DNA of 64,000 bases from a virus, in the IMG/VR virus record IMGVR_UViG_3300032032_000001, positions 1-64,000 of that record. One strand, given 5' to 3'. Shown piece by piece: positions 9,737-22,200 of this stretch. Made by a program: the position numbers and the translations under genes. The first letter of the stretch is position 1. Every line of letters begins with the position of its first letter. A model generated the notes under the pieces. That model saw only the letters and a program-made list of their open reading frames with translations, was not told the DNA's origin and made no database searches.

Positions 9737-10141
9737 ATGGCAGATATACTAGATCCCCCAGACCAAAAAGTAGCTCTCGCAGGATCGTCGAAAGACTATA
9801 AAGCCCAGGCGAAAATAGCTGCATTACTAGAGGAAGGCCTTTCTGAGATTAGAGCAACGGCACGTACTAATGACTATTTTGTGGGATACTCATTGACGGA
9901 AGCTATTACCGAAAGATTAAACGCTATCGGCAAGAAAGAGGATGACGAGAGTGAGGGCGCATTTGTTCCAGGAACCCTACAAGAAAGAACAGAACTATCT
10001 AAGATTAACTTTTTGTGGGGATTGCTTTTAGGAACAGACGAGGGGGAATCTGCTGATAACGGTGGAGCCATCGGTAAAGCGGCGAGCTTAAAAGATATTA
10101 ACGACCCTAAAGCAAAAGACGATGAGGGAGAGCAGCCTTAG
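9737..10141 (+). CDS. Hypothetical acidic protein
   Basis: GAGGTG RBS; within the operon. Confidence 0.6.
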   Translation: MADILDPPDQKVALAGSSKDYKAQAKIAALLEEGLSEIRATARTNDYFVGYSLTEAITERLNAIGKKEDDESEGAFVPGTLQERTELSKINFLWGLLLGTDEGESADNGGAIGKAASLKDINDPKAKDDEGEQP

Positions 10142-11151
10142 TGAAGGACTTACAAGCCATATACGTTCGGGATGTTGCCGAACTGGACGACATAAACATT
10201 GCCTCTATGGTCAGACTTGAGGATGTTGACGTATCTGCGATAGCGGATGTGCGCCTAAATGGCGTTTCGGCCAAGTTCTTCCCCCTGGACCTCACCACCC
10301 TGATGATCGCCATCCCGGCCTCCTTCTCCGATTACCAGAACCTGGAATCAGACCACCCTGGATACGTAGCCCAGTCTATTAACAATATCCGTATTATACG
10401 GAAATATACGGGCACTGATGGGATTGAGCGGGAGCATGGGGAACTAATAACCTGGGCAGAGGGCAGTACAATTGATACTTCCGCCCCATCAGGATCCAAA
10501 AGAGTCACCTTGGATGGTGGTGTCTTACGCTTATCTGGCAAGGGTTTCGATAAGGCTGTTCGTGTCCAAGTTAACAACAAGGACCAGCCTTTTTTAATTG
10601 AGGGCGGGGGTGCCACTATTCTGACCGCCATACCCGAAAATGATAAGACTTTAGAGAGTGTGGATGTTATTACAACATCGAAGACTGTTAACCGGATGAC
10701 CTTTTTCGAGTACCTTCTTGGGCAGGAGATGCACACGGTCTCGGGAACGTTCAAGCTGGTACAGCAGTTTATCAAACTAATGATGACGACCCCCGGCACC
10801 GACTACTTCGGAGATCGGGGGATGGGCGGTAATATGCAGAACTGGGTCGGTCAGAAAGTTAACTTGAGGAACCCTCAAGGTTTGGTCGCCAAAACGGTTT
10901 TGAATATTATAACACTGGGTTCAAAGATGCAGGTTCAGCAGATACTATCTAATGTCCCGGCAGAGGAGCGACTCAGCGATATATCGGTATTGAATGCGTC
11001 TCTGTCACCGAACGACCCTAGTATTATGGAATTATCAATCAAGCTTAACACGTACTCAGGGCGTCAAGCGTTCTTTAGCCTCCTTATTGGGCAGGCCCAG
11101 GACGCCGTTGAGAGTGCAGCAGACTCCGCTAGTTCGGGTTCGCTTTTTTAA
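10141..11151 (+). CDS. Baseplate wedge gp25/GPW-like protein with N-terminal Ig-like domains
   Basis: C-terminal VSGTFKLVQQFIKLMMTTPGTDYF...GG...EERLSDI resembles the gp25-like fold; directly precedes the baseplate J-like gene. Confidence 0.55.
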   Translation: MKDLQAIYVRDVAELDDINIASMVRLEDVDVSAIADVRLNGVSAKFFPLDLTTLMIAIPASFSDYQNLESDHPGYVAQSINNIRIIRKYTGTDGIEREHGELITWAEGSTIDTSAPSGSKRVTLDGGVLRLSGKGFDKAVRVQVNNKDQPFLIEGGGATILTAIPENDKTLESVDVITTSKTVNRMTFFEYLLGQEMHTVSGTFKLVQQFIKLMMTTPGTDYFGDRGMGGNMQNWVGQKVNLRNPQGLVAKTVLNIITLGSKMQVQQILSNVPAEERLSDISVLNASLSPNDPSIMELSIKLNTYSGRQAFFSLLIGQAQDAVESAADSASSGSLF

Positions 11152-11164
11152 TAGGTAAGAAATT

Positions 11165-14100
11165 ATGGCCACTGATAATCTAAAAAGATTTATGACCGAG
11201 CGTTTGCTCGATTTAGACCCGACTCTTAGCGATCAGGCTGGCTCCCTGATGTTCACGAAGGTGATCGACCCTTTGGTCAAACGGCTTGGGGTTGACCCAC
11301 TTGGCGTAGACATCTCCACGTTCATCTTGGCCAGACTACAGGAGGAGTTCCCCGAGCTTGATGTAAATTCACCGGGCTCGATACTTAAGGACGTTCTCGT
11401 GTCACCGCTGGTGATGATTCTTGAACCTCTCCGCCGGGAGATCTTTTTCCTTAGGACCCAGAATTCACTGGCTGACGCAGACGCACTAGCAGAGCCGGAG
11501 ATGGACGCTCTTTTAAGCAACGTCCTCTCGGAGAGAAACTACGGAGTAAACGCCCTCGGATCTGTGCGGGTTTACTTCAACACAGCCAAAACCTTCGGCG
11601 CAGACAGTTCGATTATCTTCTCCACGGTTGATGGGATCAACTTCACCCCTACCAACCCAGCCACCTACTATCCAGAACAGTTCACCCGATCCGGCAACTA
11701 CTGGTATGTGGATATTGACGTTCGCTCAATGGAAGCGAACATTGACGCTAACGTCCCTAAGCACGCCATCAAGTATGTTAATGGGCTCGACGGTGTAGCG
11801 CGTGTGACAAACCCAATCGCCTTCAGCGGGGGTGTCACATCAGAAACGAACGAAGATTTCCTACAGAGGGCTGAGCGAAGCCTGTCAGAGCGCTCCCTGA
11901 ATACAGAGCGAGGCATCGAGACAGACCTGATCAGTAAGTTTTCGGACATTGTGTCCCTTAAAGTAATTGGTCACGGCGAGCCTGAGATGCAGCGTGACAT
12001 CCTTGAGGGCCAATGTAATCGCGACATGACTGAGGTTCTCGGGCCGCTTATCTACATGTCAGCGGACTGGGCGACACAAGAGGTCATCAGCGGCAACATC
12101 ACAGCGATGGGCGGCGTTGATCAAAACGGATTCCCGTTCACTAATACTGTTGTCTTCAACGCACCTCCTGGCGGGTTCGACTCCGAGCTAAAAGCGAAGA
12201 TGTTGGCCGCGAAGTATCTCCGCGTATCTGACGGCAACCAGTACTATAACAACACTCTCCTTAATCGCGTTAGAGCAATCGCTGAGATCAAAGAGCATAT
12301 TAGCGGTGATATCTATATCCGGACTAAGGATTTTGAGGTGTTCCCGCGACCGCTTAACATCTTTGACGAGGGCACCTCTGTACCGGTTGCTGGAAAAACA
12401 GACGGGCCACACCACGGACTCAACAAGAGGTCTTGGCAGGGATCCGACTTTAAGATGATCGGCGGCTCTGAGGGGATAGACTATGTGACCGGAGGACACC
12501 TACCGTTCACCGACCACATCGACACGGAGTTCGACTTCACGGACGTTCCCGGGTCCGTTATCCCAGGAAGAGACTTTTTGGTTGTCATTAGTCGAGGCGC
12601 TTTTGATGACGACATGGACCCCGTCCACGCGCAGACGGAGTGGTCCAAGAAGATTATGACCTACCCGCTACTGAAGCAGTTTGGGCATGAGGATCTGGGC
12701 ATTGGGCGCTCTGACGGCTTCTTAGTGAGCAAGGATAGAATTCTATATAAAGGCGAAGCTAATTTCGACTATGAGGCTAACCTCGAATACTCAGGCCTCC
12801 GCGAGCACATCAAAGTCAAGGACTTTGGTGGACCCAAGCTTTCTGCGTGGGAAGAGGATGAGGCACAGGACATAGTCTGGGGAGGTGCCGAGAAAGAAGA
12901 CTACGGCAGAAGACCCGGCGTAGCCATCGAAGGCAAGCGAGTAAATCAGGTTGGGATGGCCTCTGCGCCTCTTGACATTGAGATCTCTGATGGAGGTAAT
13001 GCTGAGCCTCAAGAATGCGACATTATCCTAAACCAGTCTCAGACACCTTGGTCTGCAAGAGGGATCGAGGAGGGCGACTATGTTGCTTGCACCGTCTATT
13101 CGGAAGACTTTGGCGGTATGCCGTATAAAGGTGAACTCACAAACGCTGACGAAGCGATGCTGTGGCACGCCTGGGGTAGAGTTAAAAAGGTCGGGCTTGG
13201 TAGCCCCTGGCGTCTTCGTGTTGAAGGTCTTGACTGGAGACCGCTACACAAAAGCCAGCTTCTTGAGTTCTCTCCGAGAGCCCGCGCTGAGATCACGGTC
13301 AAGGAGCCCATTAAACACTTGGGCTCCAACACTCTCGGGTTCGTCGATGATAGCGGAATTACCCCTGGGGGCGGGCCTGAGCAGCGACACATTTATGGGT
13401 CTATCCGATTAAACACCGGTGCTCCCCTTGGGGCCAACGACTACACATATTACTTCTCTCCGAAAGAAGAGCTTCTCACAGGAGACGACAACCACAACAG
13501 ACGCGTTGCGGGATGTAGGGTCAACACGGGCAGTGGTGACGGCCAGCCAGCAACCTATGTGGTAACAATTGACCTAGATGTGCTTGGAGATGACTGTGAG
13601 ACCGCAGCGAGTTTCCCAGTCCCAGACAACGCTGGAAGCGTGAAGCTCCGAATCAAGGGGCATGAAAGAATCGATATTGCCGGATGGCCCGCGACACTGA
13701 ACGACGTTATCGTGGACAACTACGACGTAGTCGTCCCATTGCCTGGAACAGCGAATCCAGCGCCACATCTTCCCGGAGTAAAAGTCGCCAACGCCCAGAC
13801 CTGGAAGTCCAACTTTGAGACCATGGTTGGCCAACTCTTCACGTCCAGAGAGTTTCCGGCCCAGATAACAGATATATCTACATCGGGCGTTTCCGTCCAC
13901 GACGGGGTCTCTCCTAAGTTTGTCACATACACATTTACTTCAGCGATCTACCACGATCTCGCAAACTCCTGGGGAGTCTATTGGGGCGTCCTCCCTGTTG
14001 ATCCCGGATCAGGTTCCTTCACAGGAGGGTTCTTCGGTAGCGGTGATGAGGTAATGCTTGAGCCTGACGGCTCCGAGCCCGCGAGTCCTCCGCCACAGTC

Positions 14101-17100
14101 GTTCGGCGATGATGCCTCATCCCCCACACCAAAGGCGACAGCAATTATGATTGTTGAAGCCATTAACGCCGCCGCCGAGATTGATGCCGGAGGCGCTGGG
14201 GAAATTAACGCAGATGGCAAGCCGAGGGCTTACCTCAAGTATCCCGGCCAATCAGGGGACGCAGACGTTCCGTGCACCTTTGTTGTTGAGTGCCTTGACC
14301 CAGTTACCGCGCAACCGAGCATGGGCAACGGGTGGACAGCCCGAGTGCATACAGACGGTGAGCCGGACACCCCCATCCCTGAATACATAGAGCACCCTTT
14401 TTGGAACGGGACCCAGGAGTATTCGTACCCCCCGGGACCGCTCGCGATTCCGTGGCAAAACCTGGGAGGCGGTTACCGCGCTGGGTTTGGTGCCAGAAAA
14501 CAAATTGTCGGAAAAGAGCCTGTCTACTGGGTAGCCGACGGAACCCCTACGGTCCCCCTTTTCGACTACAATCACGGACAGCCCCCAGTGCCGCCAGTGG
14601 CAGGAACCCTGGCGTCCAGCAATGATTGGTGGACATACGAACCAGCACAAACGCACCCCGAGCACGCCGAGCCTTACGAGGCGGTAGGGAGCGTGGTTCC
14701 TGTTGGGGACGGGAGCACCACTGAGTCGCCACCGAGATATGAGATTGGTACATCCACCTTCGTATTTAGGCTTAATAATGTACCGCTTGCGGAGCCTACT
14801 AATGACGCTGACCAGCCTATGGTTCGTATCATCATGGAGCTAGAGCTTCCGGGGCCAGTGGAATCCAACACAAGCACTATTCCACCGGGGACAGCTTACC
14901 CGGAAACAAAGACATACAAGCTCCTATTTAGCGATGATGGCGAAGGGAACATGATTTATGATCCCGATTGGGCGCTGCCGTCTGTTGACTATGACCCAGC
15001 TAACCCGAGCGCGACTCCGCACGGCAACGTCGCAGCCGCCCTAGGGGACTGGCTTAACCTCAGCGAAAGCCGCGTGAATTATACAACGGGCGAAGTGCGC
15101 CTAGTCTTCAAGGAAGATTTCGAGCTTAGCTGGCCTAACTGGGGCAACCCTGCTGCTAACTGGGGAGGGGTTGTGGGAGGCACGTTTGAGTGGCCAGCCA
15201 GCTACGCGCCGCTAGGGCCTCCTCGCGGCTACTCATTCCATCCGAACTGGGAAAGCATGACCCCCACGGCTGCGCCATACACGTACCAAGGCACTCCGGT
15301 CACGGAAGAAAGCCACGTAGGTGGGGAGCTTCTCAACCCGTCTTTTTGGGCGGGGTACACATACATCAAGAACCCGTACAGAGCCTTTTTCTCCGTGTAC
15401 CGGGGCATGTCCGAAATGCTCACCCCGCTTGGCACAAACACGCCATCGTATGATGAGTTCAATTTCCTACCGGCATTCAGACGACCGAACCCGGTTCCTC
15501 AGGGCTACCCTATTCACGAGCCGATCCACTCGGTCAACACCAGTGGTTACCTTGGTGACAGCTGGGCAAGCGAAAGCACCCCTACCAACAGGATCTTCAC
15601 CAACTTCAGCTTTGATGGGTCAACTAATGAGGTCCGCATGGTGTGGATCAGGCTAGGAAAGCCATTTAATGTGGTCCACCCGAGTATCGGCGGCGCACCG
15701 TCGGAGAAGTGTTTCTCTGGCGAGCTTGTAGACTTGGACGGGGTTCAGGACGATATCCCAGCCGCAACCATGGCTCCGGAGTACTCTGGGTACACCAAGA
15801 GACGTTACAGAAATTACGTTCCAAAGATGAACGGGTTGGTCGCTAATCCGGACGCCTTAGATCCGAATCAGGACGGCAGCACAACCGACGTAATGGTTCA
15901 GCCTACGAGCCTCCCGCTTGTTGGGGGAAGCACAAACATCGACGATGTAGAGAAAGAGGTTCCAGAGCTTGACTACACTGACAAGATTGAGCCGAACGAG
16001 AAAGGCCTTTCAGGGTTCTTGATCCCGCACCCAATGGGTAACAACTACGCCGCACATAACATGACCGCTGGCGTACACTCGATGAACAAGCCGTTCTTGG
16101 ACGTGGACCTTCTTGAGCACCAAGTCGCGCACCTGTACGAGGGTTACGAGATGGTCGAGGAGGACTCCTTGTTAACTATCTCCGGCATCCCCGGAGGAAC
16201 ACCATTTCCGACACGCTCAGGCGTACCGCTAGAGATCGTTAACAACCAAGTCCATATCGGCGGCATGACAGATGTCTACGTGAAGCCCGGGGCGGCTGTA
16301 GAGGCCACTAGCGAGGAAATTCGAATCCAACCAGAGGCCCCCGTGGTCCCGTTTGCCGAAGGCGGTGAAGTCGTATTTTCCAGTAATGATGGCAAGATCG
16401 ACTGCTTAGACAACCCAACACACTTCCAAAGCCCCACGCTATTGGCAGAACTACAGTCCTTTACAGGGGTACAGCCTCGACCGTTAGATAATATGGTCCT
16501 GGAAATACTCGACCCACCATCTCCGGAGATACAGCCCACATTCTTCAGAATCATTCATACAACGGATGATGGCGTGAAGATTGATGGTGAATTCCCAGAC
16601 ACACTGGGTCTAGGGTTCGACAACCTACGCTTCAGAGTAATGAAGCTGTGCTCAACTAACATTGTTAACCCGCTTGTTATTCTTAAGCAGGGCGACGACT
16701 TGGTTGTGCATGAGAACGAGATGGCAGCCTTCAGCCCATCAGGGTACGCGTTTACAGCGAACCCCGACACTGCTGCACTATACCTCCACATTGACTCTGA
16801 AACCGCTTATGGGGAGTATCGAGTAACAGGGATCAACCTGAATACTTTGATGCTCGACAAGGCAATCGATGAAGAGGGCGTGAACCTCAAGTACCGCATC
16901 TACACGAAGCAGGGCACAGGCCTTGATATGCCGATGGTCCGAGTGAAGGAAGTATCCTTGGCTGGAGACAACGAGGGCCTTCTTGTTCCATACAAGCATC
17001 CTGTAGATGTGGTATCAAGTGACTTCTCTGGACTCAACGACGACCCTATTAACGAGGACACAATCGGTGTTGACGGGGGATCCTTGTCCATTGAGTACGC

Positions 17101-19225
17101 CGACCTTAATGGTGACGGAATTATTGACGTTGAGCCCGAGCTTGAGATCGATCAGATCGAAAGGGTTTGTTTCACGCTCCCGGCTGAGGTCAATCTTGTT
17201 GAGTACGGAACCGCAAAATATGACGTTCTCCGCCTTGAGGACATGTACGGAGATGAGAAGTTCTGGTGGGTGGAGTCTCTAACGTCCGCACACTGGCCCA
17301 TGAATTCTTGGGGTAGTTTTCTAGATGACGCGCCGGAGCTAGGGCTGGTGACAGAACTGGAAGTCGCAGAAACAGGACTGAATACCAATATTTTTACTAC
17401 AAACGTTGACGTTGACCTGACTCAATACCTTAAGAACGGGGATATGATTGCCGCCATAAACGGTGTGTTTGATTACACTGGGGCGATCTTCTCTGTCACG
17501 TATACAGGCGGCGTAGGATCCACGATTACGCTGGACCCGAATAATTCCGATGACTGGGGACCTGGAGTGGTTTTCGTTGGAGACATCGGGTTCAGAAAAC
17601 TGGGAACAAACAACCGTCTGGTGTTGGACAGAAACCAGTCGCTCCCAACCACCATTGAGGGCCTTAGGTTTACCTTGGGTCATCCATCAATTGGTACCGG
17701 TCGGGTGTACTTTAAAGATCCGACGTTCTTTGAGGCGGACCCTGAAACAGTGTTCACCTACACGGACACAGCCACGGAGAAGGATTGGTATCTACGACCA
17801 TCCCCCGCCGAGAAGGCTCTTATTTACAAGTCTTCGTACAGCACAACGGACATTCGTATAGATATGACCACCCCCGTAGCGAAGCCTTGGAAGTATTTGG
17901 TTTCCGAGGATACAGACTTCTTTAAGCACAATGTATTACCCGGTGATAAATTAAGCATTGTTTCTAAGGTTTTGTGGTCAGACTCATTCCTAGAGGGACT
18001 AGAGGAACACGAAAACCTCCTTGTTGGGGGCAAGACTCTAGCCGTATCTGTTGATGACGCGATCCGAACGTGTACTTTTAGTGGCCCGAACCCGATGACA
18101 CTTAATGATGTTGTCTCCGATATCAACAGGCAGCTAGGTGACGTACTGTTCGCCGATGTTTTCGCCTACGATGACAACACCGTTCCTGTTGGTGAGGTTG
18201 ATGGTCCGGGATACCGGATTAGAATTTTCTCTAGCCATGACATTATGTTGGTCACACAGGGCACTATTGGAATCTTGTCCGACCTGCGATTCAACGATAG
18301 GGATAACACGCCCACGCCACAGCTTATCGGCGAGTACACGGTATCTGGTCTTGAGTACGTTGAGGCTGCTGGACCGATTCCCGCGAAAATGCGGATCCGC
18401 TTAACGGACGAGTCGTCAGGATTGGATACACTAGAAACCTACACCCAAGCCTTGGCCGCCAATCAGGACGACAATGCCGACAACGTTTGGGATCAGTACT
18501 ACGACCTAGTGTTCATCGAGATCCACAGGGATAAGAATCAAAGGTTCTACCCCGCAGACTTGCAGCAAGATCCAACAGGGTTGCATTTTGCAGACATTAG
18601 GCTGACTTCGTACGACCCGAATACCTCAACAGGAATCGTCCCGGACGAAAGCCAGCTTGAACCGTACAATTACGAGTCTCTCGGGTATGAGATCGTCGTA
18701 AGCAACGACAACTACTCATACAGCCTTGGTGAAGATTCTAGCCTGAAAACTACCTCGGTTGTCTTGGATGTAACGGCCTCAGACTTCGAAAAGGTATTTG
18801 AGGTTACGGGGGCGAGCGTAACAATTATCTACGACCGTTCCGACACAGTTGCATCTGTGCAAAGTTATCTTTTGCAGAGAAACGCTCGGGTTGTATGCAA
18901 CAACCCTCTGGCGAGACACTTTTTCCCCGCGTACCCGATGTTTGCGATACAGCACTCAGGGACACTGTTGAACAATGAGCTAAAGGATAAACTGGCGGAC
19001 TTCCTGGCCTCCCTCTATCCAAATAAGCCGCTTGAGCTGTTTGACCTAACCTCTGTGCTCACAAGAACAGGGAGCAACTACATGCTCATGCCTCAAGAGG
19101 CTGCGTTCTTGATCCACAAGGCGGACCGTAGGATCAAAGTAATTAGGAGCAAGAACATTGTATTCCTCGGCAATCAATTCCATGTGATGGAAGATTTAAG
19201 TCGAGTAACGGTAAACGGGGAATAA
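11165..19225 (+). CDS. Giant baseplate J-like (gp6-type wedge) protein
   Basis: N-terminal PGSILKDVLVSP...EMDALLSN...GSVRVYF...NPIAFSGGVTSETNEDFLQRAERSL is the Baseplate_J signature; 2686 aa. Confidence 0.75.
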   Translation: MATDNLKRFMTERLLDLDPTLSDQAGSLMFTKVIDPLVKRLGVDPLGVDISTFILARLQEEFPELDVNSPGSILKDVLVSPLVMILEPLRREIFFLRTQNSLADADALAEPEMDALLSNVLSERNYGVNALGSVRVYFNTAKTFGADSSIIFSTVDGINFTPTNPATYYPEQFTRSGNYWYVDIDVRSMEANIDANVPKHAIKYVNGLDGVARVTNPIAFSGGVTSETNEDFLQRAERSLSERSLNTERGIETDLISKFSDIVSLKVIGHGEPEMQRDILEGQCNRDMTEVLGPLIYMSADWATQEVISGNITAMGGVDQNGFPFTNTVVFNAPPGGFDSELKAKMLAAKYLRVSDGNQYYNNTLLNRVRAIAEIKEHISGDIYIRTKDFEVFPRPLNIFDEGTSVPVAGKTDGPHHGLNKRSWQGSDFKMIGGSEGIDYVTGGHLPFTDHIDTEFDFTDVPGSVIPGRDFLVVISRGAFDDDMDPVHAQTEWSKKIMTYPLLKQFGHEDLGIGRSDGFLVSKDRILYKGEANFDYEANLEYSGLREHIKVKDFGGPKLSAWEEDEAQDIVWGGAEKEDYGRRPGVAIEGKRVNQVGMASAPLDIEISDGGNAEPQECDIILNQSQTPWSARGIEEGDYVACTVYSEDFGGMPYKGELTNADEAMLWHAWGRVKKVGLGSPWRLRVEGLDWRPLHKSQLLEFSPRARAEITVKEPIKHLGSNTLGFVDDSGITPGGGPEQRHIYGSIRLNTGAPLGANDYTYYFSPKEELLTGDDNHNRRVAGCRVNTGSGDGQPATYVVTIDLDVLGDDCETAASFPVPDNAGSVKLRIKGHERIDIAGWPATLNDVIVDNYDVVVPLPGTANPAPHLPGVKVANAQTWKSNFETMVGQLFTSREFPAQITDISTSGVSVHDGVSPKFVTYTFTSAIYHDLANSWGVYWGVLPVDPGSGSFTGGFFGSGDEVMLEPDGSEPASPPPQSFGDDASSPTPKATAIMIVEAINAAAEIDAGGAGEINADGKPRAYLKYPGQSGDADVPCTFVVECLDPVTAQPSMGNGWTARVHTDGEPDTPIPEYIEHPFWNGTQEYSYPPGPLAIPWQNLGGGYRAGFGARKQIVGKEPVYWVADGTPTVPLFDYNHGQPPVPPVAGTLASSNDWWTYEPAQTHPEHAEPYEAVGSVVPVGDGSTTESPPRYEIGTSTFVFRLNNVPLAEPTNDADQPMVRIIMELELPGPVESNTSTIPPGTAYPETKTYKLLFSDDGEGNMIYDPDWALPSVDYDPANPSATPHGNVAAALGDWLNLSESRVNYTTGEVRLVFKEDFELSWPNWGNPAANWGGVVGGTFEWPASYAPLGPPRGYSFHPNWESMTPTAAPYTYQGTPVTEESHVGGELLNPSFWAGYTYIKNPYRAFFSVYRGMSEMLTPLGTNTPSYDEFNFLPAFRRPNPVPQGYPIHEPIHSVNTSGYLGDSWASESTPTNRIFTNFSFDGSTNEVRMVWIRLGKPFNVVHPSIGGAPSEKCFSGELVDLDGVQDDIPAATMAPEYSGYTKRRYRNYVPKMNGLVANPDALDPNQDGSTTDVMVQPTSLPLVGGSTNIDDVEKEVPELDYTDKIEPNEKGLSGFLIPHPMGNNYAAHNMTAGVHSMNKPFLDVDLLEHQVAHLYEGYEMVEEDSLLTISGIPGGTPFPTRSGVPLEIVNNQVHIGGMTDVYVKPGAAVEATSEEIRIQPEAPVVPFAEGGEVVFSSNDGKIDCLDNPTHFQSPTLLAELQSFTGVQPRPLDNMVLEILDPPSPEIQPTFFRIIHTTDDGVKIDGEFPDTLGLGFDNLRFRVMKLCSTNIVNPLVILKQGDDLVVHENEMAAFSPSGYAFTANPDTAALYLHIDSETAYGEYRVTGINLNTLMLDKAIDEEGVNLKYRIYTKQGTGLDMPMVRVKEVSLAGDNEGLLVPYKHPVDVVSSDFSGLNDDPINEDTIGVDGGSLSIEYADLNGDGIIDVEPELEIDQIERVCFTLPAEVNLVEYGTAKYDVLRLEDMYGDEKFWWVESLTSAHWPMNSWGSFLDDAPELGLVTELEVAETGLNTNIFTTNVDVDLTQYLKNGDMIAAINGVFDYTGAIFSVTYTGGVGSTITLDPNNSDDWGPGVVFVGDIGFRKLGTNNRLVLDRNQSLPTTIEGLRFTLGHPSIGTGRVYFKDPTFFEADPETVFTYTDTATEKDWYLRPSPAEKALIYKSSYSTTDIRIDMTTPVAKPWKYLVSEDTDFFKHNVLPGDKLSIVSKVLWSDSFLEGLEEHENLLVGGKTLAVSVDDAIRTCTFSGPNPMTLNDVVSDINRQLGDVLFADVFAYDDNTVPVGEVDGPGYRIRIFSSHDIMLVTQGTIGILSDLRFNDRDNTPTPQLIGEYTVSGLEYVEAAGPIPAKMRIRLTDESSGLDTLETYTQALAANQDDNADNVWDQYYDLVFIEIHRDKNQRFYPADLQQDPTGLHFADIRLTSYDPNTSTGIVPDESQLEPYNYESLGYEIVVSNDNYSYSLGEDSSLKTTSVVLDVTASDFEKVFEVTGASVTIIYDRSDTVASVQSYLLQRNARVVCNNPLARHFFPAYPMFAIQHSGTLLNNELKDKLADFLASLYPNKPLELFDLTSVLTRTGSNYMLMPQEAAFLIHKADRRIKVIRSKNIVFLGNQFHVMEDLSRVTVNGE

Positions 19226-19231
19226 CAAACT

Positions 19232-22200
19232 ATGGCGCAGTTACCAGTATCTCCCGTATGGGACCTAATTGATTACACCTTCAGGGCTTCCGATAGCGAA
19301 GTATATGATACTGGTGCGAGGTTCATCGGCGATCCCGTACAGAGCATTGAAGGTCTTTCGGTAATACCGTACCCAGGCAACGTTTTTATTGAGGATGGTT
19401 ATGCGTCCTTTATCGCTAAAACGTCCGACTCCAACGCTGCCATAAAAGAGGTAAGCTCTTTAGTTGTCGCTGCTGAAATAAATGGCGGGATACCTGAAAA
19501 CTTCACAATAGAGTTCGATATCTTTCTAAGCGAAGACCTGCCAAAGCAGGCCTCGAATGTAGAAAATCGGATATTTGTGGGGGCCCTCAATATTCAAGGG
19601 TACTCTGCCGGGTTTGTCTTCAGCCGGGAAGGTATCCATGTAGCCAACTCGCCCAACGACCCACACCCAGTCGCGCTGGGCGGGTCGTCATCAATCATGT
19701 TCAACGACGATGGCTCACCAGTTGACGGACTGTTTATTCGGGCCGTTGTCAGTGGTGAGGAGGGTAGACTGTATGTCTACGCCGAATCGTCTGAAAAAGC
19801 ATATTTTACAGAAAAGAACATTACCGACGCGGAGCTAATAGCCTCGCGGGCGGCGTCACTATCCGTCTCGTCCCTAGGTGATGCTGTCATTGTCCACGGG
19901 TCGGCCTTATCTGCCGCGATGCAGCTTGAGCTAGAACTCAACGCACCTGGAGAGGATACGGCCATTGGCCAAGATGTAGCCTTCTCTATTGGGTCCTTAA
20001 GACTGTCTGGGAATAAAAGATTTCCACAGGACAGGCCGGAAGCCGTAGTTGTAGCAAATAGCCAGATAGTCGTTGGTCAGGCAATGGTCCTGAATGGCTC
20101 ACAAAGTTCGGACAAGATGGCGAGACCCCTAGACTTTTTCTGGGAAATCGATCTTGCTCCCGAGGCCAGCAACGCAAAGATGCAAGGGGCTAAGCACTCC
20201 GAGTGTGTTGTGACAATCCCGGCACCAGACCCACTGGACCCACCCATCGAGGTGGCAAAGCTTGTGTTCACAAAGGCGTCGCTAAAGGACAATGATTACA
20301 GTCTAATAATTGAGGTTGGTCCGCCCAGTGGGTCGCTCACCACAGACATAGACTTCATAAATAAAGAGATCCGCGTCAACCTTGAATCAGACTTTGCTGG
20401 TAATTCAAACACCACTGTGGCCGATTTCTTAGCCGCCTTCGCCGACACCCTCGCCGCTGGGTACAACATGAAGGTTTCGGGCGGAGAAGACCTGACTACC
20501 GGGACAGTCTACCCGAAGATACTAAAAGCACTCTTCACCGAAGGCACATCGGCGTCCGGGTATGAGATGCTGCAACCCAACGTATTCCAGTTTTCTGGCG
20601 GGGTTGGGTCAGACCTTAGGTCTCCAATCTTTATTCCGGACACCCCAGGGACGTACATCATAAGCCTCATGGTCCATAACGGCATTCGACAGAGCCGTAA
20701 GGACATACAGGTTGTTACCGCTACGATATCTGAGCAGCTTCTGGGGCACCGCCCCAATTCGAACTATATATTTAAGTACCTCCCAGACTTCTGGAATCTC
20801 GTTTCAGACAAGAAACAGCTTCCATCGATCTGGTCTGCGATGACACAGGCGGTCTCATCAGAGCTATTGGTAGCTTGGCAAAACGACTACGGCAAAGCTC
20901 TCAAGGATATCTCCAGAAGATATCAACGACGATGGCTTCACCATGATTGCGTGGTGGAGATCCCGCCAGATATCCCGGTGGACCTCATCTATCACAAGGT
21001 GTCTGAGTACGGGACTCAGCCAGATATTCTTAGCGTAAATCCGGTTGCATTTGGGACACACACCAAGACGGCCTATATCCATAGCCCAGAACTCGTCCAA
21101 CCGCTTGAGGCGGGCCGAGCGCTTATATTCAGCGATGTTAGCGGGCCAGAGGCTTTGGACATCACAGAGCTTCTCTATATCGACGATCCTACCGGATGGA
21201 GGGTGTCCAGCAAGCTCACGTCTTTCCCGGTATACGCTCTCGTCGCGGAGCGCACCGGAGGGTACTTTGTAGCTGACCCGGAAGCGGTAGCGATTACCAC
21301 GCCTGTTGTAAGCAGCGTAATGTACGAGCCGACATACCCCTTCACAAACATAAACCAAGAGACTGATCGGATAAGGCTTTTACTCAAGGACGAAACCACG
21401 GTTACGGGCGGAATCACGGCATTTAATCCCGGCGGCAAGAAGAATACGGTACGGATAGACATTAGCGCAGAAGACGTTGATGGTATCCCGAGACAGTGGG
21501 AGCACCTGCGGGAGGTTCAGTACCAGTCTGTGTGGCAGGGCCCATACCTATCCATTTTCCAAACATTCTACTTTAGTGACACCATGAAGTTTGGGATGGG
21601 TGACTTCGCCAGAATAGCGCTTGTTGACCCGTACACCAGCGGTGAAATCAACGTCCACCTCCCAATTTATGCATTCGACAACAACGACCTGTTTGTCCAG
21701 TGGGCACCCCTAATCGGGTCACTTAACGCAGCAGCCAGCCTGAATGGTGATGAGAAGGTGTGGTCAGAGGAAGACCTGCCCGACCTAAGCTGGAAGCTTA
21801 GTGCGCTCGTTAAACATAACGAAACATTTAAAAAGGATGACTTGGTCTCCGTTCCCATTCTCGGAGAGACAACGATGTCTCCCCAAGGGCTTAAGGAGCG
21901 CTTCGATTTCGACATTGAGGATAACCGAGTAAAGTTCAAGAGCCTCTTGTCCGGATCTTTAGACATAGCGCCGACAACGATCATAATCGGTGACCAACCA
22001 AAACTTTGCTGGTCCGCCACGCTAAAGCCTGATTTTTCGTACCACCCCGCCTATACGGACTTGGTTAATGCCGAGGCAATAACTAACACTGAGCTTGCTC
22101 AGGAGATGGGGCTAACAACTATTGTTCTAGACGATGGCCCCGCAGGAACTTACAGCCTTTTAGGTATCTCCGAGGATGGAACAAAGCTCCTCCTTGATGG